A DNA stretch of 33,538 nt. Origin: Candidatus Moraniibacteriota bacterium (GTDB lineage Bacteria; Patescibacteriota; Minisyncoccia; Moranbacterales; UBA9337). This document shows, piece after piece, positions 31,957-33,538 of the stretch. Each line of letters opens with the position of its first letter. Position 1 is the first letter of the stretch. The stretch spans positions 1 to 33,538 of the forward strand of contig JAVEQZ010000001.1 of the NCBI GenBank assembly GCA_034007405.1. The letters are read 5' to 3'. Made by a program: the position numbers and the translations under genes. The notes beneath the pieces were generated by a model. That model worked only from the letters and a program-made list of their open reading frames with translations, did no database searches and was not told the DNA's origin.

Positions 31957-33006
31957 CTATTTTGCATAGCGAAAAGATACATTGCAGGCCCCCTCCACTG
32001 AAACCATGCACGGTCCGACCGGATTGTCCGGATTGCAAAATTTGCCGAACATGGGGCATTTTTGGGGATTTAAAATTCCCCGAATAACCTCTCCGCACTT
32101 GCAACCGGCCGGATCTTTGGATTTGGAAAAATCAACTTTACCCAAAATATCTCGATATTTTATTTTGGCATTAAATCTTTGATATTTGTTTTTGATTTCC
32201 AATCCCGAACCGGGAATTATCCCGAATCCCCGCCACTCCCCATCACTAATTTCAAAGACTTCCTGAATTATCTTCTGAATTTTTTTATTACCCCCCGTCT
32301 TTACCACTCGCGAATATTGATTAAGCACCCTCAAATCGTCATTTTTAATTTGATTGAGCAATAAAAAAATTCCCTCCAGCACATCTTGCATTTCAAAACC
32401 GGTAATTACTTGAGGGATTTTTAATTTTTGATAAGGTATCGAACCGATTATCGCACTCACATGACCCGGATCGATAAAACCGTCAATCTTTATCTTCTCG
32501 CTTCTAAGTAACTCCTCCATAGCCGGCAAAAATATTTTATGTGTCGAATAAACCGAAAAATTATTTTTTGCCAATCTCTCGACTGTTTGAATTGCCCAAG
32601 CGGTCATCGGCGTAGTCGTTTCAAATCCCAAACCGAAAAAAACTACTTCATTGTTCTTTCCCGCCAAATCCAAAACTTCGTCAACAGAATAAACAGCAAA
32701 AACTTGAGCGCCTTTTTCTCGCGCCTGATCCAAGCTACCGAAATATCCCGGCACCCGAAGCATATCCCCATAAGTGGCTACCGGAATTCCCGCCAAAGCC
32801 AAACTCACGATCGCATCGATATCTTTCTGGGCCGTTACGCAGACCGGACACCCCGGTCCGGTTATCAGTTTGACATTTTTGGGTAAAACCTCCCTGATAC
32901 CGTAATGGCTGATTGCCTGAGTATGCGTCCCGCAAACCTCCATCAAATTCACTTCTCGCCCGATTTCTTTAGAAATTTTATTTATTTGAGTTATTATTTT
33001 TTGCAT
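31957..33006 (-). CDS. hypD: Hydrogenase maturation protein HypD
   Basis: 349 aa. CGTHT, GPGCPVCVT, GFETT and PGHVS motifs are present, plus the C-terminal Cys cluster CKCGEV...CPMFGKFCNPDNPVGPCMVSVEGAC. Confidence 0.93.
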   Translation of the reverse strand: MQKIITQINKISKEIGREVNLMEVCGTHTQAISHYGIREVLPKNVKLITGPGCPVCVTAQKDIDAIVSLALAGIPVATYGDMLRVPGYFGSLDQAREKGAQVFAVYSVDEVLDLAGKNNEVVFFGLGFETTTPMTAWAIQTVERLAKNNFSVYSTHKIFLPAMEELLRSEKIKIDGFIDPGHVSAIIGSIPYQKLKIPQVITGFEMQDVLEGIFLLLNQIKNDDLRVLNQYSRVVKTGGNKKIQKIIQEVFEISDGEWRGFGIIPGSGLEIKNKYQRFNAKIKYRDILGKVDFSKSKDPAGCKCGEVIRGILNPQKCPMFGKFCNPDNPVGPCMVSVEGACNVSFRYAK

Positions 33007-33064
33007 AAGACTATGCAGAGAATTAAATATTAAGAATTATGAATTATGAGAAAATCAATTCTTT

Positions 33065-33222
33065 TAATTAATTGGCATCGAATGAAATCTATTTTAACGC
33101 TATAAAATTGAATTTATTTACCGAAAGAATTCCTTTTTGTAATTGCTGTATAAAATGAAAACCCGAAGAAAAAGAAACTTTTTTGGGAGGAGTAAATACG
33201 CTATCTGCTGTCAGTTTAATGT
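33065..33222 (-). repeat. Copy 3 (most diverged) of the ~160-nt repeat family, between hypC and hypD
   Basis: It is collinear with copies 1 and 2. Shared blocks are attgaatttattta, gaattc, aaaaagaaactttttt and taaatacgctat. It lies 59 nt upstream of the hypD ATG. Confidence 0.6.
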
Positions 33223-33347
33223 TGATTATTTTACTTGCATCCCCCAGTTTGTCGTTCCTATTTTAGCGAATTAAAATAAAATCATTGAAAAAGTTTCTGC
33301 ATAAATTAAAACAAAGTACTAATATAACTGCTCAACTAATCAACTCA

Positions 33348-33538
33348 TTAACTATTTAATAATTTATCAATTTCTCCCACTGCCACCTCATCAACTTTTT
33401 CAATCGCAAAACCGGCGTGCACTATCACAAACTCGCCGATTTTGACATCACCCACCAAAGAAATATTGATTTCCTTTTCTATTCCGTCAAAATCCACTAT
33501 GGCATTTTGACCGGTAATCTTTTTAATTTTTCCGGGAA
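33348..33538 (-). CDS. hypC: Hydrogenase maturation protein HypC/HupF (C-terminal 63 aa; N-terminus outside the window)
   Basis: Hand translation: PGKIKKITGQNAIVDFDGIEKEINISLVGDVKIGEFVIVHAGFAIEKVDEVAVGEIDKLLNS*. The VxVHAGFAI core is typical of HypC. Confidence 0.8.
   Translation of the reverse strand, partial: PGKIKKITGQNAIVDFDGIEKEINISLVGDVKIGEFVIVHAGFAIEKVDEVAVGEIDKLLNS

Noticed and set aside
1-33538. Alternative genetic code (UGA recoding, as in Gracilibacteria/Absconditabacteria)
   Set aside because: Conserved proteins are full length under the standard code, and TGA terminates HypE exactly at the conserved PRIC C-terminus.

Overview
AT-rich, gene-dense bacterial window, mostly minus-strand housekeeping genes. 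The gene set, the many N- and C-terminal protein extensions and the compact layout resemble a small-genome Candidate Phyla Radiation/Patescibacteria-type organism; that placement is inference only. The standard code applies: TGA ends HypE exactly at its conserved PRIC C-terminus.

Gene order:
- tRNA operon Thr(UGU)-Tyr-Thr(GGU) followed by rpmG
- TPR membrane protein, PSP1/RicT-like, tsf, rpsB
- rpmE (+)
- gpmI, eno
- KH-domain protein, Ada-like Cys/His membrane protein
- rpmA (+)
- pyrG, rplI
- an orphan gene
- dprA-topA (+), rel (+)
- parB-parA
- tRNA-Leu (+)
- folD, recA, RodZ-like, ftsK
- HtrA-like protein, polytopic membrane protein, ferredoxin, PpiC-type PPIase, FtsB-like
- two tiny membrane ORFs
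- hypE / YerC(TrpR)-like / hypD / hypC (partial)

No CRISPR array, rRNA or clear IS element is visible.

Most interesting non-genic signals:
1. A ~160-nt repeat family with rod-like internal complementarity occurs three times, always in the same orientation and 25-63 nt upstream of a minus-strand start codon (eno, rplI, hypD). One copy splits hypC from hypD.
2. Two tRNA-derived pseudo-copies sit inside the tRNA operon and carry GC-rich tetraloop hairpins. An identical 17-mer hairpin is present in both.
3. An identical 22-bp inverted repeat brackets a YerC/TrpR-like regulator wedged between hypD and hypE.
4. A consensus promoter is followed by a terminator/antiterminator leader in front of an orphan gene.
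5. An HtrA-like protein lacks the catalytic His and Ser.

All coordinates were read by eye from the sequence. No database search or folding computation was possible.
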